From: a virus
Virus record (IMG/VR): IMGVR_UViG_3300020204_000022
Span: 8,555-72,554 of that record
Length of the DNA: 64,000 nucleotides
Direction: 5' to 3' (one strand)
Position numbers and translations under genes: made by a program. The notes under the pieces are model-generated. The model was given only the letters and a program-made list of their open reading frames with translations. It had not been told where the DNA came from and did not search any database. Shown one piece after another: positions 9,980-21,237 of this stretch (position 1 is the first letter of the stretch; each line of letters begins with the position of its first letter).

Positions 9980-12502
9980 ATGGCATACACCACAACTTCT
10001 AAATACATACAGCTAACTCCTTATCTGGTGTTGGAATACATGTATGCTGCTCAACCAAATCCACAAACTTACAATGTTAACACCGGGGGAGGAAATCCGA
10101 CAGTGGGATTCAACAAGTTGATTAATGGGATTTTAGAATACAAAGGATCACCGACCAACGAAGTTCAAATTTTCAATTTGAACCAAAATTATGTCACAAC
10201 ACAAAACACCGCCCTGAACAATGTGGTAAAAACTTCGGAAAATTCTTTTATACCTCTAAATCCTAATTTGATTGTTCCTTACAACGATTTTAATCCCAAG
10301 CTGACACCTACCGCCAACCTGGAAATTTCTTTTCCAGATAATATTTCAGTTGTATACGACACGGTGAGATATCACATTTTGCAAGGATATAATTTGGAAA
10401 ACATAGATGGTCTAATCATATCCATATCCTATTTGGATCAGGATTTATCCTATGTTACTTTCTCGCAAATTGAGATAAGCTCGGGTACAGCACAAAATTA
10501 CACCTTAGATCCCAACCCTTTAACAATAGGTTCAAATATTTACGACAAATATTTTCAAATTTTAGTTCCATCTTTGGTTGACATGAACAACCAATATGCA
10601 GCAGCCTCTTATCCAAATAAACCGAACACACTAGCTGGAAAAACATCGAGAAGTGGAAGGGGCTATGTTACCGGTTCACCCATGAGAATTTCGGTGTGGC
10701 AAATAGATGATACAACACAAGTCAATGGATATGATCAATATGGATCCACTTTATATGCAACTTTATCTTTGGAATCGGAGGATCCATTTTTCAACGTTGG
10801 GGCTTACATAGGTTCTGCCCGGAACGGCGATTATTTCGAATACTTCGCCACTGATTCGGGTGGATTCATCGAAAATTTCATTCTTTTTCAAAATTCTATC
10901 GGTAACCAATATTATATCGATCATAAAGTTGAAACTTTGGAACAAATTGGTGCATCTTTTATTGTTACCAACAATTTTTCAACCATACAAACTACTGCAT
11001 TTGATGTTCCCCTTCTGTATAGACCCATTGTTAGATACCCATCCGTTGCATCAGGATTTACCTTGAGTTACACAATGACCTTGGTTAATTCGGTTGATCA
11101 GTCACGACTGGTAAGAAATGCCTCTTTCACTTCTTTGGATACTGGTAGATATGGACCAGAAATTGCACCACTTCAACTTTCAGTTTTTCCTCAAACCCAA
11201 AAAATTTACAATAAACTAGCAAATCAGTCCTCAATTTCGGTTCCCGCCAACACTCTTGTTCCAAGAGAAACTATCAAATATCAAAATGTTTTTGTTGAAA
11301 ATAACACGGTGAATTTGACTATGTCCAATTTATCCGTGAAAGGATTCACAATCGACCAGGCAGACGGGGGGGTTACTCAAACAATATCCTATGGGCTAGG
11401 ACAGGCTTACATTCGTATTTCTCCGTTTGATAATTTCTACAAGTTCACTTTTTACAAAAGAAATGCAAACGGAACTATGGATTTGTTAGATCTCACTTCC
11501 TCTGGAACCTTCAAGTTGGTTTTCATCGACAACAAGAACAATAAATTATTTGCCCCTTCAATAGTTGGAAATAATTTGGCAAATGCTGCAAAGGGTGAAC
11601 TAGCATTCAAGGTAGATGAAAGTTTGGCAAATCAAATTTTAACCTTCACCAACCGAAGATTTTATGTTTCTAACCAGCCAGTGGTTGCCCAAAGTAGTAA
11701 AGAAAGTCAAACTCCTCTTTTTTCTAAACTGTCATCTGTGAAGGAAAGATTTGCCAAGAAATCCCTTTCTGCCTCTGATTCTATACAAGACATTCAATTG
11801 GCTGGTCGAGGTTCAACAAAAGATAACTCGCAAGGAACAGCAAGAATTTCCGGGTCTTCCTCTTCTGTTCTATATTATGGAAATTGGTTGAAGGATAACG
11901 AGCCTATCCCTGCTTTATTTTCTTCCTTTGATACTTCAGGGTCTTCTACTCCTATCGTACCATCTCCATCTTCTTTCCAAACCTCAGGAAGTAAATTGAC
12001 ACCAATACAAAGTTATTGGCAACAGTTTCAAAGTTCTCAGGCGGGAGCGACCGGAATCTCTGGTATTTCATCTGGCGGGGTACAGCCTGCAAGAGCCCTG
12101 GATATTATGGGTATAGCAGCATTCAAAGCGGCTATAGCTTCCGATGTTCAGGGAAAGGTTGATTCTGGATGGGCATCTTCCCAAATTATCGATTATTTTC
12201 TAAATCCTTCTTCCGTAGGATTTAAATTGTATTCCGGAATTACGAAACAAATATTTACAGATGCCGTATCTGGACTTTTTGGATCTTACGGAGTATCTGG
12301 TCAGCTATTCATGGATGAATTAGCTGCATATGGAAACACCCAAGGCGGTTTGGACACCGGAGGTCCTGCCGCTCAAGGAGGAAGCAATGCAAATCAAAGC
12401 GGATCTGATTCGGGAAGTCCAAATCGTCCAACTTTTCCTTCTGGTGGAGGTAGCACAAACACAAGACCACCTTCTGGTGGATATAGACCAAGAGGAAATT
12501 GA
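9980..12502 (+). CDS. Virion structural protein
   Basis: 840-aa ORF in structural block, beta-rich N-terminus, Gly/Ser-rich low-complexity C-terminus. Confidence 0.5.
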   Translation: MAYTTTSKYIQLTPYLVLEYMYAAQPNPQTYNVNTGGGNPTVGFNKLINGILEYKGSPTNEVQIFNLNQNYVTTQNTALNNVVKTSENSFIPLNPNLIVPYNDFNPKLTPTANLEISFPDNISVVYDTVRYHILQGYNLENIDGLIISISYLDQDLSYVTFSQIEISSGTAQNYTLDPNPLTIGSNIYDKYFQILVPSLVDMNNQYAAASYPNKPNTLAGKTSRSGRGYVTGSPMRISVWQIDDTTQVNGYDQYGSTLYATLSLESEDPFFNVGAYIGSARNGDYFEYFATDSGGFIENFILFQNSIGNQYYIDHKVETLEQIGASFIVTNNFSTIQTTAFDVPLLYRPIVRYPSVASGFTLSYTMTLVNSVDQSRLVRNASFTSLDTGRYGPEIAPLQLSVFPQTQKIYNKLANQSSISVPANTLVPRETIKYQNVFVENNTVNLTMSNLSVKGFTIDQADGGVTQTISYGLGQAYIRISPFDNFYKFTFYKRNANGTMDLLDLTSSGTFKLVFIDNKNNKLFAPSIVGNNLANAAKGELAFKVDESLANQILTFTNRRFYVSNQPVVAQSSKESQTPLFSKLSSVKERFAKKSLSASDSIQDIQLAGRGSTKDNSQGTARISGSSSSVLYYGNWLKDNEPIPALFSSFDTSGSSTPIVPSPSSFQTSGSKLTPIQSYWQQFQSSQAGATGISGISSGGVQPARALDIMGIAAFKAAIASDVQGKVDSGWASSQIIDYFLNPSSVGFKLYSGITKQIFTDAVSGLFGSYGVSGQLFMDELAAYGNTQGGLDTGGPAAQGGSNANQSGSDSGSPNRPTFPSGGGSTNTRPPSGGYRPRGN

Positions 12503-12521
12503 TAAAAATGATTTTGATTGA

Positions 12522-13079
12522 ATGGCAATTTTAAACGCAAGATCCAATTCTTTTTATTTCAATTTTCCGAAGGGTTTTTTTCCACTTTCCGTGGAAAATA
12601 GATGGATAGATTATTTGAAAAAACAACCAACTCCTTACGACACAATCACTTCTTACATGAACAGCAGCATACAATCGGTGGGATTTCCTACTTTGACTGC
12701 CGGACTAGTTTCACAAACAAAAAATCTAGGAAAGGAAATCAATTATCAAAGTGCCACTCCCGTTCAGGATCTTTTCTCTAGGGATTTTGATGTCACATTT
12801 AGAATTGGTGAGGGATTTTCGAATTATTTTATCATGTTGGAAACAGTTCTCGATAAATTAGCATTTCAAAATGATAACATTTTCACCCCTGTTTTACCAT
12901 TAAGAATTTTAAATAATGAGGGGGGAATTGTTGTTTCTGTTCTTTTCAAAGAGGTTACTCTAACCGGGGTTGGAACAATAAACCTAAATTACACGAATAA
13001 CTCCCCTTCTGTTAACACTTTTACGGTTGGATTTAAATGTAATTATTTGAGTTTTGATTACGAGGTTTCTAGAACCTAG
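12522..13079 (+). CDS. Tail tube / baseplate tube-fold-like structural protein
   Basis: Size (185 aa) and tube-like pattern ([21 protein letters not shown] ... [24 protein letters not shown]) in the structural block. Family assignment tentative. Confidence 0.4.
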   Translation: MAILNARSNSFYFNFPKGFFPLSVENRWIDYLKKQPTPYDTITSYMNSSIQSVGFPTLTAGLVSQTKNLGKEINYQSATPVQDLFSRDFDVTFRIGEGFSNYFIMLETVLDKLAFQNDNIFTPVLPLRILNNEGGIVVSVLFKEVTLTGVGTINLNYTNNSPSVNTFTVGFKCNYLSFDYEVSRT

Positions 13080-13082
13080 ATA

Positions 13083-13091
13083 GATATATAG
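13083..13091 (+). promoter_or_regulatory. Candidate late promoter GATATATAG
   Basis: Recurrent motif; 14 nt before ATG 13106. Confidence 0.5.
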
Positions 13092-13105
13092 AAAAAAAAC
13101 ATCGA

Positions 13106-16100
13106 ATGTCAACATCGAGACCATTTGCCTATAATGCCGGTGGAACAGGAAATAGGATTCCAGGAACTTTACAAATAGGAACTTTGTCCGTTGGTGGTAC
13201 GGCAGACGCATACACTTATCAATCCCCAGGTGGTTTGAAATGGTGGAACGGGCCGGACGAGGAATTAGGTTGGATATTAGCCAACCCTGTTCCTTCAGAA
13301 ACTCAGCCTACCATTGTGGTGTTGGGCCCTAAAATAAATCCTAAAGGTTGGTCTATCGATACAGACAATACTACTTATCCCGAGGGAATAACAGGAGAGA
13401 TTACGGGTCCAGGTCAGACTGCGGATGGATTTATTTATTATGACGTGCGAATTACGGGATCTTCGGCTGGAGATGGGCAGGCAAAAATTGTTCTTGCCAC
13501 CAATCCTTCTCCGGTTTCTGCTTCTTCTGGACAGAAATGGACCCTTACGGCCACTTTATCTTTGCAATCCGGAACTCTTCCTTTGAATAATAGTGTTTTT
13601 GTTGAGCTCCAAGAGATGAGCAATGCTACAGAAGGACCATCCTCCCAATCACTTGCGAACAAAGTTTCAAATTCAAACCTACAACAACCTGTAGAATATT
13701 ATGTTATTAGGCAGCTCACCGGAGTTTCAACAAATGCAATCAGAGGGGAAATTTCGATTTCCTTGCCTGCATTCGACGAATGCGATTTCACAATTAGAAT
13801 TGCAGCACCAACATTTGGCTTATCTGTGTTAGCGGGGGTTGGATTCAACCAGGCATCCACTTATTCTGAATTCATATCCCTGCTCGAGAGATCAACCGGT
13901 CAAGTTTTCGGAGACAATGGTGACGCAGCCGTTCTGTACATGAATTCCAACAATTTGTGGTCCACATATAATCCAGCACAACAAGAAAATTTAATTGTTT
14001 CATTGGATGCTGCCAATTACTCTTCTTATCCCCAAGCCGGTTCAACCTGGTTTAATTTGGTTGCTGACCAACAGGGGATTCCTTCGGCAAGTTTAGTTAA
14101 TTCTCCATCTTGGTCTTCTGAAAATGGAGGGCAATTTAGATTCACTGATTCATCTAATCAAAAAGCCTTTTTAAATTCCACAATTGAATCTACTGAGGGA
14201 TGGAGTTTGGAATCTTGGTTTTATCTGGAAACCGATTTGCAAGGAAAGAATACTTCATTAATAACATCATGGGAACTTGGTGATGATGTGCCTTTCCAGC
14301 TGGGAACTTGTGTAAATCACCCTGGTGAACATACTGGAACGTTAGATGTAGGTATAAGAGTGGAAAATGTGTGGTATACCTCCGCGTCCAATTTTACTCC
14401 CGAAACTGGAAGGTGGTATCATGTGGTTGGAACATTTGATGGATTCACTCTCAGACTTTTTGTAGATGGAGTTCAACAGAATGTTAATGTTGTTCCAAAT
14501 GAAACGGAATTTTCCCTGTTTGAAACTAAAGTTAATATAGGTTCTGACGCTTCCCAATCATCTGCAGACCCTGCAAATTATTTGAATGGAAAAATCGCTT
14601 TGACTAGAATTTATGGTAGGGCTTTGACGCCAGAAGCTGTTTTGGAAAACTTCAATGCCAACACAATTCGTTTTTCTAATTTGGTTCTTTCCTCGTATGT
14701 TGATTCTGGGTCTATAATTTTCACCTATACTTTGCAGGATATTGTTCCGCAGAAAGCCAACATAGAGGTAAACTTCAAACACCAAATGACTTTAAGTGGA
14801 AATCCTCTCGAGATTACATCCACTTTGATTTTGTATGCCGGACAAACTAGTGCATCGATCAGATATGAAGCCAACTGGGATGGGGCTACCGCTGGGAATT
14901 TATCAAATGCCGGTACTTTATCCGTTCTATCTATAACTTCCAACGAGCAAATTGTGTACACGGTTGATGCATTAAACGCAACCACAGATGCAGCTCCAAC
15001 ACCTCCCGCGGGTCTTCCTTATGCTTCTCCTATTTTAGTTTCACAGACACCCACTCCCTATGCAACTCCTACACCAACACCAACAACTTGTTCTAATCCA
15101 ACCACCTGTTTTGCCTGGACTTACTCTAACGTGAGTAATGCAACTGTAAGTGTTGTTGGATGTGATTGTTCGCAAACGATCGAAAATATTGAAATAGACG
15201 AGGCCGACACGGTTACTTTTTATTCTCCTTTTCAGCCAACTTTTTCGTCGGGAACTTATGGAGAAAATACCAGCACAACCCCAGCTAATAATTTTGGATA
15301 TTTTCCAGAAAATGCTGATAACAGATTATGTGCGTGGATTTGGACTAGACCAGATCAGGGAAGACAGGGAAGACTTTACTATACCTCCGGAACCGGGGTT
15401 CAAACTTTTAATATTAATATACAGCCGGGACAAGTACGTCAAATTTGTTATTCTTATCTCGTTTATTCCAGTGACCTTTATATTTATCCCGGAAATTCCG
15501 CAACTCCTTCTTGGTCGCAGGGAAATATTCTTCGATGCTCAAACTTTGCAACGACACAATGTGGTCTGAATTGTAATTGTTATAAGTGGGATACCACATC
15601 AACAGGACCAGTGATGGGAGCATCTGCCCCCTTCATAGTCTATTATACGTCATGTAACAACGAAGACACCACATTGTATTCTCAGGTAATCGATAAAGAT
15701 ACTCAAGGATCAATTTGTTCCTATGCCTTGCTTCGGATGGAACAACCAGATGGGGGAGGAGCACCAGTCCCATTCGAATATGCTTTCACCAATGCAGTTA
15801 ATACCAATCCCACTTTCCCCGCAGGTGGAAGTGGAGCCCAGGGATTCAACATAAATGCTTCACCGTGTAATGAAGAGTATTATGCCTCATATCCAGTTTC
15901 CCCGTCGAACATTTACAGTATTTCTGCTTCAACCCTGGCTGCAACTGGAGGGATGATCGACTTCCAAATTAGATTCAGCGTAAATGGTTCTTTCCCAACA
16001 ACAGTTAGTTCGAACACAAATCGAATTGAGATACAATTCTCAACAGCAACTCCTGGAACTTTGGGAGGTTTTTGTACAGGCCAAACTGTTGGGAATGCAA

Positions 16101-18037
16101 TTTGGGTTCTTATTGGAACAGGAAATGATTACCAAGGTCTAGATGTTTGGTATAATTTCAAGGTTACATCAATATCGTCAGACTCAGTAGGAGGTGTATC
16201 TACCAAATACACGTTTGGGGTTGATTTTATGTCTTCATCTGAAGCCCAACAATCATCAAGAAATGTTGCGGGAATAACAATAACATCTGGATTAACCACA
16301 AACCTTGGAAATTTAACTGGATGGGATTTTTTAACTTGGGATGAACCAAATTCAAACGTTGATCCAGGATATATTACTTCTTTTTCAGGAGGATCATGGA
16401 ACGTTTTTGACAGATTGACACCGCAAATTTGGATTAACCCCCAAACTACAGACGAAGGAGATGCCATACAAAGTCAATTTCAACTTAGAGATTATATCTG
16501 GCTAAGATGGGAAAGTGGAGGAGATTATAATTACCAATTATTGAGAATTTGGCGTGACACACCTCCACGAAATCCTTCTACTCAAGTCACCGAATATTTT
16601 ACTCAGTATCAGTTTGGCCCAGTAGCAGGAATTGTCCCGGAAACTACTGTTACTCTTCTTCCTGCAGGAGTTCCCTACTGGGATACAGTTTGTCAATCAA
16701 GCTTTGAGCCTTCTCCAACTCCTATAAGAGTAACGCCTACACCAACTCTTACCCCGCTTGATAGAACTTGTAATTGTTGGAAGGTTGATGTTACTCCTGG
16801 TACAGATGTTAGAATACAATACATGGATTGTATAACTGGTCAAACCATAAATTTGAATGCCCGAAGATATCCGACGATGATCTGCGCTAATGGATCTTGG
16901 ACACCTCCCACAATAACCGGTGTTAGTTTTAGTCAAACCTGTTCCAATTGTTGTTTAAACAATGGAGACTGTAGACCTCCAGCTCCAACCCCATCTAACA
17001 CCCCCACAATTTCTTTAACCCCGACAAATACACCAACATGTACCCCGACCAGCACCGAATTTGTGCCATTATCATCAACACCTACAGAAACACCCACACC
17101 AACTCCTACGCCTACTCAAACCAGTACTAATACGCCGACTCCTACCCAAACCCCGACAGTAACTCCTACCCAAACTCCAACTGGAACTCCAACTGGAACT
17201 CCAACTGGAACTCCAACTGGAACTCCAACTGGAACTCCAACCCCAACACCATCTCAATCTTTCGTGTTCACCTGTGGTACTTCTACTGTTTCTGATATAG
17301 ATGGCAATGTGTACCAAACCGTTCTTCTAGGGTCTGCTTGTTGGATGAAATCAAATCTTAGAACTTCTAGATACAATGACGGAACACCTATCGCATATGT
17401 TGCTCCAGCATCCTGGAATATAACCACCATTACCCCTCAGTACACATCAGCGAGCGGTACTGGTGGAACAGAGAGAGAAGGGAATTTTTACAATTGGTAT
17501 GCTCTTACCGGGCCTTCTGGGCAAACCCCCGGTCAAAGTATATGTCCATCCGGTTGGAGAGTTGCTACACTGTCAGATTTCAACACCATGTTTGCTTATT
17601 TCGGGAATGGCGGAACCGGTAGTGCAAGTATCCCTCAGGCTGAGAGATATGCTTATACAAATGCTCCCGGTGTCACGTTTACGACTAACAACCCCCTTAT
17701 ACAAGCTACGTTTGGATATCAAAATTTTAGGCCTAGTCCCCAGTCGACTTGTGCTGGGCTATGGGATTATGTTGATGGGTACGGAACCGCGCAACAATCA
17801 GGTAACATATTCACCTGTGGAAATACAGATTTTTCTTCTCAGGTTACAGGAGCTATCACCCAAAACGGTACAATATTCGGGCCTTTTTGGAGTGATTACC
17901 ATTGGACCTTCGACGGGGAATATCCAAACAACAATCAAGATAGAGCTGTTTTTGCGGGATGGCATGACGACAACAACATCTATTATTTTGCCGCTGGTCC
18001 AGGTTACGGAGGCACTTGTAGATGTGTTAAAATATAA
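13106..18037 (+). CDS. Giant adhesin/receptor-binding protein with LamG-like domain, Cys-rich modules, Pro/Thr linker and C-terminal FISUMP-like domain
   Basis: LamG-like ([15 protein letters not shown]...[25 protein letters not shown]...[20 protein letters not shown]); Pro/Thr linker [17 protein letters not shown]...[11 protein letters not shown]; FISUMP-like C-terminus ([35 protein letters not shown]...[12 protein letters not shown]...[16 protein letters not shown]). Confidence 0.7.
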   Translation: MSTSRPFAYNAGGTGNRIPGTLQIGTLSVGGTADAYTYQSPGGLKWWNGPDEELGWILANPVPSETQPTIVVLGPKINPKGWSIDTDNTTYPEGITGEITGPGQTADGFIYYDVRITGSSAGDGQAKIVLATNPSPVSASSGQKWTLTATLSLQSGTLPLNNSVFVELQEMSNATEGPSSQSLANKVSNSNLQQPVEYYVIRQLTGVSTNAIRGEISISLPAFDECDFTIRIAAPTFGLSVLAGVGFNQASTYSEFISLLERSTGQVFGDNGDAAVLYMNSNNLWSTYNPAQQENLIVSLDAANYSSYPQAGSTWFNLVADQQGIPSASLVNSPSWSSENGGQFRFTDSSNQKAFLNSTIESTEGWSLESWFYLETDLQGKNTSLITSWELGDDVPFQLGTCVNHPGEHTGTLDVGIRVENVWYTSASNFTPETGRWYHVVGTFDGFTLRLFVDGVQQNVNVVPNETEFSLFETKVNIGSDASQSSADPANYLNGKIALTRIYGRALTPEAVLENFNANTIRFSNLVLSSYVDSGSIIFTYTLQDIVPQKANIEVNFKHQMTLSGNPLEITSTLILYAGQTSASIRYEANWDGATAGNLSNAGTLSVLSITSNEQIVYTVDALNATTDAAPTPPAGLPYASPILVSQTPTPYATPTPTPTTCSNPTTCFAWTYSNVSNATVSVVGCDCSQTIENIEIDEADTVTFYSPFQPTFSSGTYGENTSTTPANNFGYFPENADNRLCAWIWTRPDQGRQGRLYYTSGTGVQTFNINIQPGQVRQICYSYLVYSSDLYIYPGNSATPSWSQGNILRCSNFATTQCGLNCNCYKWDTTSTGPVMGASAPFIVYYTSCNNEDTTLYSQVIDKDTQGSICSYALLRMEQPDGGGAPVPFEYAFTNAVNTNPTFPAGGSGAQGFNINASPCNEEYYASYPVSPSNIYSISASTLAATGGMIDFQIRFSVNGSFPTTVSSNTNRIEIQFSTATPGTLGGFCTGQTVGNAIWVLIGTGNDYQGLDVWYNFKVTSISSDSVGGVSTKYTFGVDFMSSSEAQQSSRNVAGITITSGLTTNLGNLTGWDFLTWDEPNSNVDPGYITSFSGGSWNVFDRLTPQIWINPQTTDEGDAIQSQFQLRDYIWLRWESGGDYNYQLLRIWRDTPPRNPSTQVTEYFTQYQFGPVAGIVPETTVTLLPAGVPYWDTVCQSSFEPSPTPIRVTPTPTLTPLDRTCNCWKVDVTPGTDVRIQYMDCITGQTINLNARRYPTMICANGSWTPPTITGVSFSQTCSNCCLNNGDCRPPAPTPSNTPTISLTPTNTPTCTPTSTEFVPLSSTPTETPTPTPTPTQTSTNTPTPTQTPTVTPTQTPTGTPTGTPTGTPTGTPTGTPTPTPSQSFVFTCGTSTVSDIDGNVYQTVLLGSACWMKSNLRTSRYNDGTPIAYVAPASWNITTITPQYTSASGTGGTEREGNFYNWYALTGPSGQTPGQSICPSGWRVATLSDFNTMFAYFGNGGTGSASIPQAERYAYTNAPGVTFTTNNPLIQATFGYQNFRPSPQSTCAGLWDYVDGYGTAQQSGNIFTCGNTDFSSQVTGAITQNGTIFGPFWSDYHWTFDGEYPNNNQDRAVFAGWHDDNNIYYFAAGPGYGGTCRCVKI
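17174..17240 (+). repeat. 12-bp tandem repeat ACTCCAACTGGA, 5 full copies plus partial
   Basis: Directly visible: actccaactgga x5 from 17174 to 17233, then actccaa; encodes (TPTG)n. Confidence 0.95.
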
Positions 18038-18047
18038 AAAAAATATC

Positions 18048-18293
18048 ATGAAAAAATTCTCAGAACTGACAAAGATAAACGAAATGAAGTATGGACAGCC
18101 CATGTACGGTGAAAACGACTTCAAACAACATCGTAAAAATTTGCTGGTTGCTGCCTCTGGCAACGATCAGCGGGTTTTAAATGATATTGTCGATTGTTTA
18201 ACAGACGAACAGATGGAAAAGTGCTACTCCAAACTTCTCAAGGTTTATAATTACACGGGAAAAGTTGGAGAGGCAGTACCTCCTACTGTCTAA
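18048..18293 (+). CDS. Small protein with capsid-targeting-like N-terminus (MKKFSELTKINE|MKYG)
   Basis: ATG at 18048 is in frame with the 3' part of track ORF 17463..18293. The upstream part of that ORF lies inside the adhesin gene. Confidence 0.6.
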   Translation: MKKFSELTKINEMKYGQPMYGENDFKQHRKNLLVAASGNDQRVLNDIVDCLTDEQMEKCYSKLLKVYNYTGKVGEAVPPTV

Positions 18294-18307
18294 TTTTTGT
18301 CGAAGGA

Positions 18308-18636
18308 TGTTGGGTTTGATTGATATCCAATATGGATTTGATCCCTCCGGCAATCCCTTGTCTTTTGCTTTAAATCCAAAACATGTGGGATCGGTTTATA
18401 CGGGTCCTACTGGATTTTACATTTTTCTGAACGCGGTGAATACCAATATTTCACTAAATGATAAAAATTATTCCACCAAAATTTTTTTTAATTCCCCCAA
18501 TTCGAATGTCGCACAGTCGATGGAGAACGAGTGGATTTCTGCAACAAATTCTTTGATTGTAGAACCTCAGATTGTGAAATTAAATTTTTCCTCTCAGGGG
18601 TGTACATTCGAACAAACAATTGTTTTTTCTCCGTGA
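18308..18636 (+). CDS. Hypothetical protein
   Basis: 3' part of track ORF 18265..18636; internal ATG (MLGLIDIQYGFDPSGNP) avoids overlap with the previous gene. Confidence 0.45.
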
Positions 18637-18962
18637 AAAAAATTATTATTTGTTACACGGCGGCACAAACCGCCCGAAAGTTAATTTTTTCTTCGAACGA
18701 TTTAACCCAATGTTTTGCTGCCCGGGATAATTGTATTTTGTATTTTAATACGATTTTCTCGTTGGAAGTATTGGACCCAGATTTTAAATATTACGGTACA
18801 TACGTACAATTCACGAAAATGAATCAAGGTTACAATTTATATTTTCAAATTTTACAATCTTTGTCGGGGATTTTCACGGACCCAAAAAAACCGGAAGCAA
18901 TTTTAGATTTTACTTCCGATGATGAGGTTGGATTATCGATCGGAAATATGGTTTCATTTTAA
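18633..18962 (+). CDS. Hypothetical protein, GTG start
   Basis: GTGA overlap with previous stop; VKKIIICYTAAQTARKLIFSSNDLTQC... Track ORF begins further upstream at 18531. Confidence 0.45.
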   Translation: MKKIIICYTAAQTARKLIFSSNDLTQCFAARDNCILYFNTIFSLEVLDPDFKYYGTYVQFTKMNQGYNLYFQILQSLSGIFTDPKKPEAILDFTSDDEVGLSIGNMVSF

Positions 18963-18966
18963 ATTC

Positions 18967-18977
18967 GAATATATAAA
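18967..18977 (+). promoter_or_regulatory. Candidate promoter GAATATATAAA
   Basis: Recurrent motif; 18 nt before ATG 18996. Confidence 0.5.
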
Positions 18978-18995
18978 TTCTAAAAATTCAAATTT

Positions 18996-19676
18996 ATGAC
19001 TTATCTTGGGATAGATTTTTCCCTAAATTCTCCATCTTGTTGTGTTTTGAATCAAAATAAATTTTTTTGGGTTAGCGTTACCCGATCTGATAAAAATTTA
19101 AAATCCTTGTCAAAATCTGCAGATAAACCCTATGCAGTTTTATCGAAATTTGAAAATTTCGAATTAGATGTTTTGGAAAAAAGGGTAATGCCAGATGATT
19201 ATTCCGAAAAGGAAAGAGTTAAAATTGATTATTTTTTAGAACTTGTTGATTTTTTCTGGGAAAAAATAAAAAATCACGTTGAATCCGGCCAAACAAAAAT
19301 TGCAATGGAGGGATTAAGTTTCGCGTCCAATGGTAATGCCTTGATTGATATTTCAATGGCAACCTCCTTGATGAGAGAAAGAATTGTGAAAAATATTGGA
19401 AGTGATAATTTCCACGTTTTTTCTCCAACTGCTGTTAAAAAATTTGCATTCAAAGGAAACGCCAAGAAGGATGAACTTTATCTTTCATTGTGTGGGCATG
19501 AACTTCCAGAAACAAATTTGAACGAATTCACTAAAACCCTTCGAATGTATCAATCCCAATGGATAACCCCGGCTAAAAGTGTAAATAAACCAGTGGATGA
19601 TCTGGTTGACGCCACCTGGATTTGTCTGAAGTTATTTCAGGACATGAAATCAGTAAAATCAAACGATGAAATTTAA
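18996..19676 (+). CDS. RuvC-like RNase H-fold nuclease / Holliday junction resolvase-like
   Basis: MTYLGIDFSLNSP (acidic beta1), KIAMEGLSFASNGNALIDIS, FSPTAVKKFAFKGNAKKDE, KPVDDLVDATWIC match the RuvC-like catalytic pattern. Confidence 0.7.
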   Translation: MTYLGIDFSLNSPSCCVLNQNKFFWVSVTRSDKNLKSLSKSADKPYAVLSKFENFELDVLEKRVMPDDYSEKERVKIDYFLELVDFFWEKIKNHVESGQTKIAMEGLSFASNGNALIDISMATSLMRERIVKNIGSDNFHVFSPTAVKKFAFKGNAKKDELYLSLCGHELPETNLNEFTKTLRMYQSQWITPAKSVNKPVDDLVDATWICLKLFQDMKSVKSNDEI

Positions 19677-20130
19677 ATTCATTTCTCATCGGGGAAATTT
19701 GGCAGGACCGATGCCAGAATTCGAAAATAGACCAGATTATATTGACAATGCTTTGGATCTTGGATTTGATGTCGAGGTAGATCTATGGTCCTATGATAAT
19801 AAATTTTTCTTGGGCCATGATGAGGGAAAACATTCGGTTGATTTGGGCTGGCTGATTCAAAGAGAAAAAGGATTGTGGATTCACGTTAAAAACGAGGACG
19901 CCTTGATTCAAATGATGAAAACGGACTTGCACTATTTCTGTCACGAATCCGATCTGGCAACCTTGACCAGCCGTGGGTTTGTTTGGGTTTATCCAGGAAG
20001 ACAGCCCATCCCCGGCTCAATCGCAGTTTTGCCGGAGGTTCATCACGATCCAATCGATTCATGTCATGGAATATGTTCGGATCTTATAGCCGAATACAAA
20101 TTAAAAAAAGAAAAAAATAAGGATATATAA
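19666..20130 (+). CDS. Glycerophosphodiester phosphodiesterase-like (GDPD/PLC-like TIM barrel) protein
   Basis: ISHRGN...ENRPDYIDNALDLGFDVEVDLW...FLGHDEGKHSVDLGWL resembles GDPD-type HRG/EVD/HD motifs. Confidence 0.6.
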   Translation: MKFKFISHRGNLAGPMPEFENRPDYIDNALDLGFDVEVDLWSYDNKFFLGHDEGKHSVDLGWLIQREKGLWIHVKNEDALIQMMKTDLHYFCHESDLATLTSRGFVWVYPGRQPIPGSIAVLPEVHHDPIDSCHGICSDLIAEYKLKKEKNKDI

Positions 20131-20131
20131 G
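20122..20131 (+). promoter_or_regulatory. Candidate promoter GATATATAAG
   Basis: Recurrent motif, 67 nt upstream of gp32-like ATG 20199. Confidence 0.4.
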
Positions 20132-20198
20132 AAAATTAAAGGAAACTTTTCATTTTGAACGCAATTAAACACACAAATAAAAAAAAACTTAAAAAATT

Positions 20199-21179
20199 AT
20201 GAGCAACTTGGACATCTTCAATTTAGATTTGGAAAATTTTGTAACAAAAACAAATGAGAAAGGAGGTAAGGAATCTGAATTCTACAAGCCCTACCCCGAA
20301 AATGGAAAAGATGGAGTTTACAAGGCACTGGTGAGATTCGTTCCGAATATCTCGGATCCTGCTAAATCCAAAATCCACAAGTACTACGTGTATCTGACCG
20401 ATCCCTCCACAGGTGATGGATTTTCGGTCGACTGCCCATCAACGGTGGGAAAAAAATCAATTTTAAAAGACATCTTTTGGAAATTGAAGAATTCTCATTC
20501 GGCAGCAGATCAAGAATTGGCAAAAGGATTCGGCCGCAAGGAAGATTACTATGCCTTGATTCAAATTGTACAGGACAAAAACAATCCTGACTTGGAAGGC
20601 AAAATTATGATTTTCAAATTTGGTAAGAAGCTCAACGAAATGTTGGAAGCCCAGTTAAAACCAGAATATGGAGATCCTTGTAATCCATTCGATCTTTTTA
20701 GCGGAAAACTTTTTTCTATCCAATCCCGTAAAGTTGGCGAATGGAACAACTACGATCTCTGTTCTTTCGTCGGAGATAAATGTGCCATTGAAATTGACGG
20801 AAAGAAAATGAAGAAAAATCAGGAAGACATGGGGGCAATCACCGCCTATTTGGAATCTGGACCTTCGAATCTCACAGCCTTCGAGTACAAAGATTGGGAC
20901 GATGATTTGACCGAAAAAGTAATGGCGGTTGTTCGAAACACAGTTCCAGACGGAAGATTGGTTAATGAAATTTTAGGAGGAGTTAATAAATCTACTCATT
21001 CCCCCTCTAGGTCAGAGATCCCTGCCCAATCATCTTCTTTGTACGAAGAAGCAACTTCAACCAGAGTAGGTTCAGTTCCGGACGAAGAACCGGCAGCAAA
21101 GGCATCAAAGGCAGGTCTGAAAAGACCAGCAGCACCGACAAATGCTTCTTCTTTGGATGACCTATACGCAGATCTTTAA
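20199..21179 (+). CDS. 32: T4 gp32-like single-stranded DNA-binding protein
   Basis: VYKALVRFVPNISDPAKSKIHKYYVYLTDPSTGDGFSVDCPSTVGKKSILKDIFWKLKNS; acidic C-tail SLDDLYADL; position near primase/UvsW. Confidence 0.8.
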   Translation: MSNLDIFNLDLENFVTKTNEKGGKESEFYKPYPENGKDGVYKALVRFVPNISDPAKSKIHKYYVYLTDPSTGDGFSVDCPSTVGKKSILKDIFWKLKNSHSAADQELAKGFGRKEDYYALIQIVQDKNNPDLEGKIMIFKFGKKLNEMLEAQLKPEYGDPCNPFDLFSGKLFSIQSRKVGEWNNYDLCSFVGDKCAIEIDGKKMKKNQEDMGAITAYLESGPSNLTAFEYKDWDDDLTEKVMAVVRNTVPDGRLVNEILGGVNKSTHSPSRSEIPAQSSSLYEEATSTRVGSVPDEEPAAKASKAGLKRPAAPTNASSLDDLYADL

Positions 21180-21203
21180 TTCGCATGCTTAAATTAAAAC
21201 CAC

Positions 21204-21230
21204 AAGGGGAGGGAAACCTCCCCTTTTTTG
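21204..21230 (+). terminator. Rho-independent terminator
   Basis: AAGGGGAGG-GAAA-CCTCCCCTT followed by T-run, directly after the gp32-like gene. Confidence 0.85.
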
Positions 21231-21237
21231 TCAAACT

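Noticed and set aside
16129-16467. Minus-strand ORFs inside structural genes (many of 60-127 aa)
   Set aside because: They lie entirely within confident plus-strand genes, show no recognizable motifs and no GATATATA box at a sensible distance.
17463-18293. 276-aa plus-strand ORF overlapping the adhesin C-terminus
   Set aside because: Its first ~195 codons are an alternative frame of the FISUMP-like region. Only the part from ATG 18048 has independent support (intergenic start, CTS-like N-terminus).
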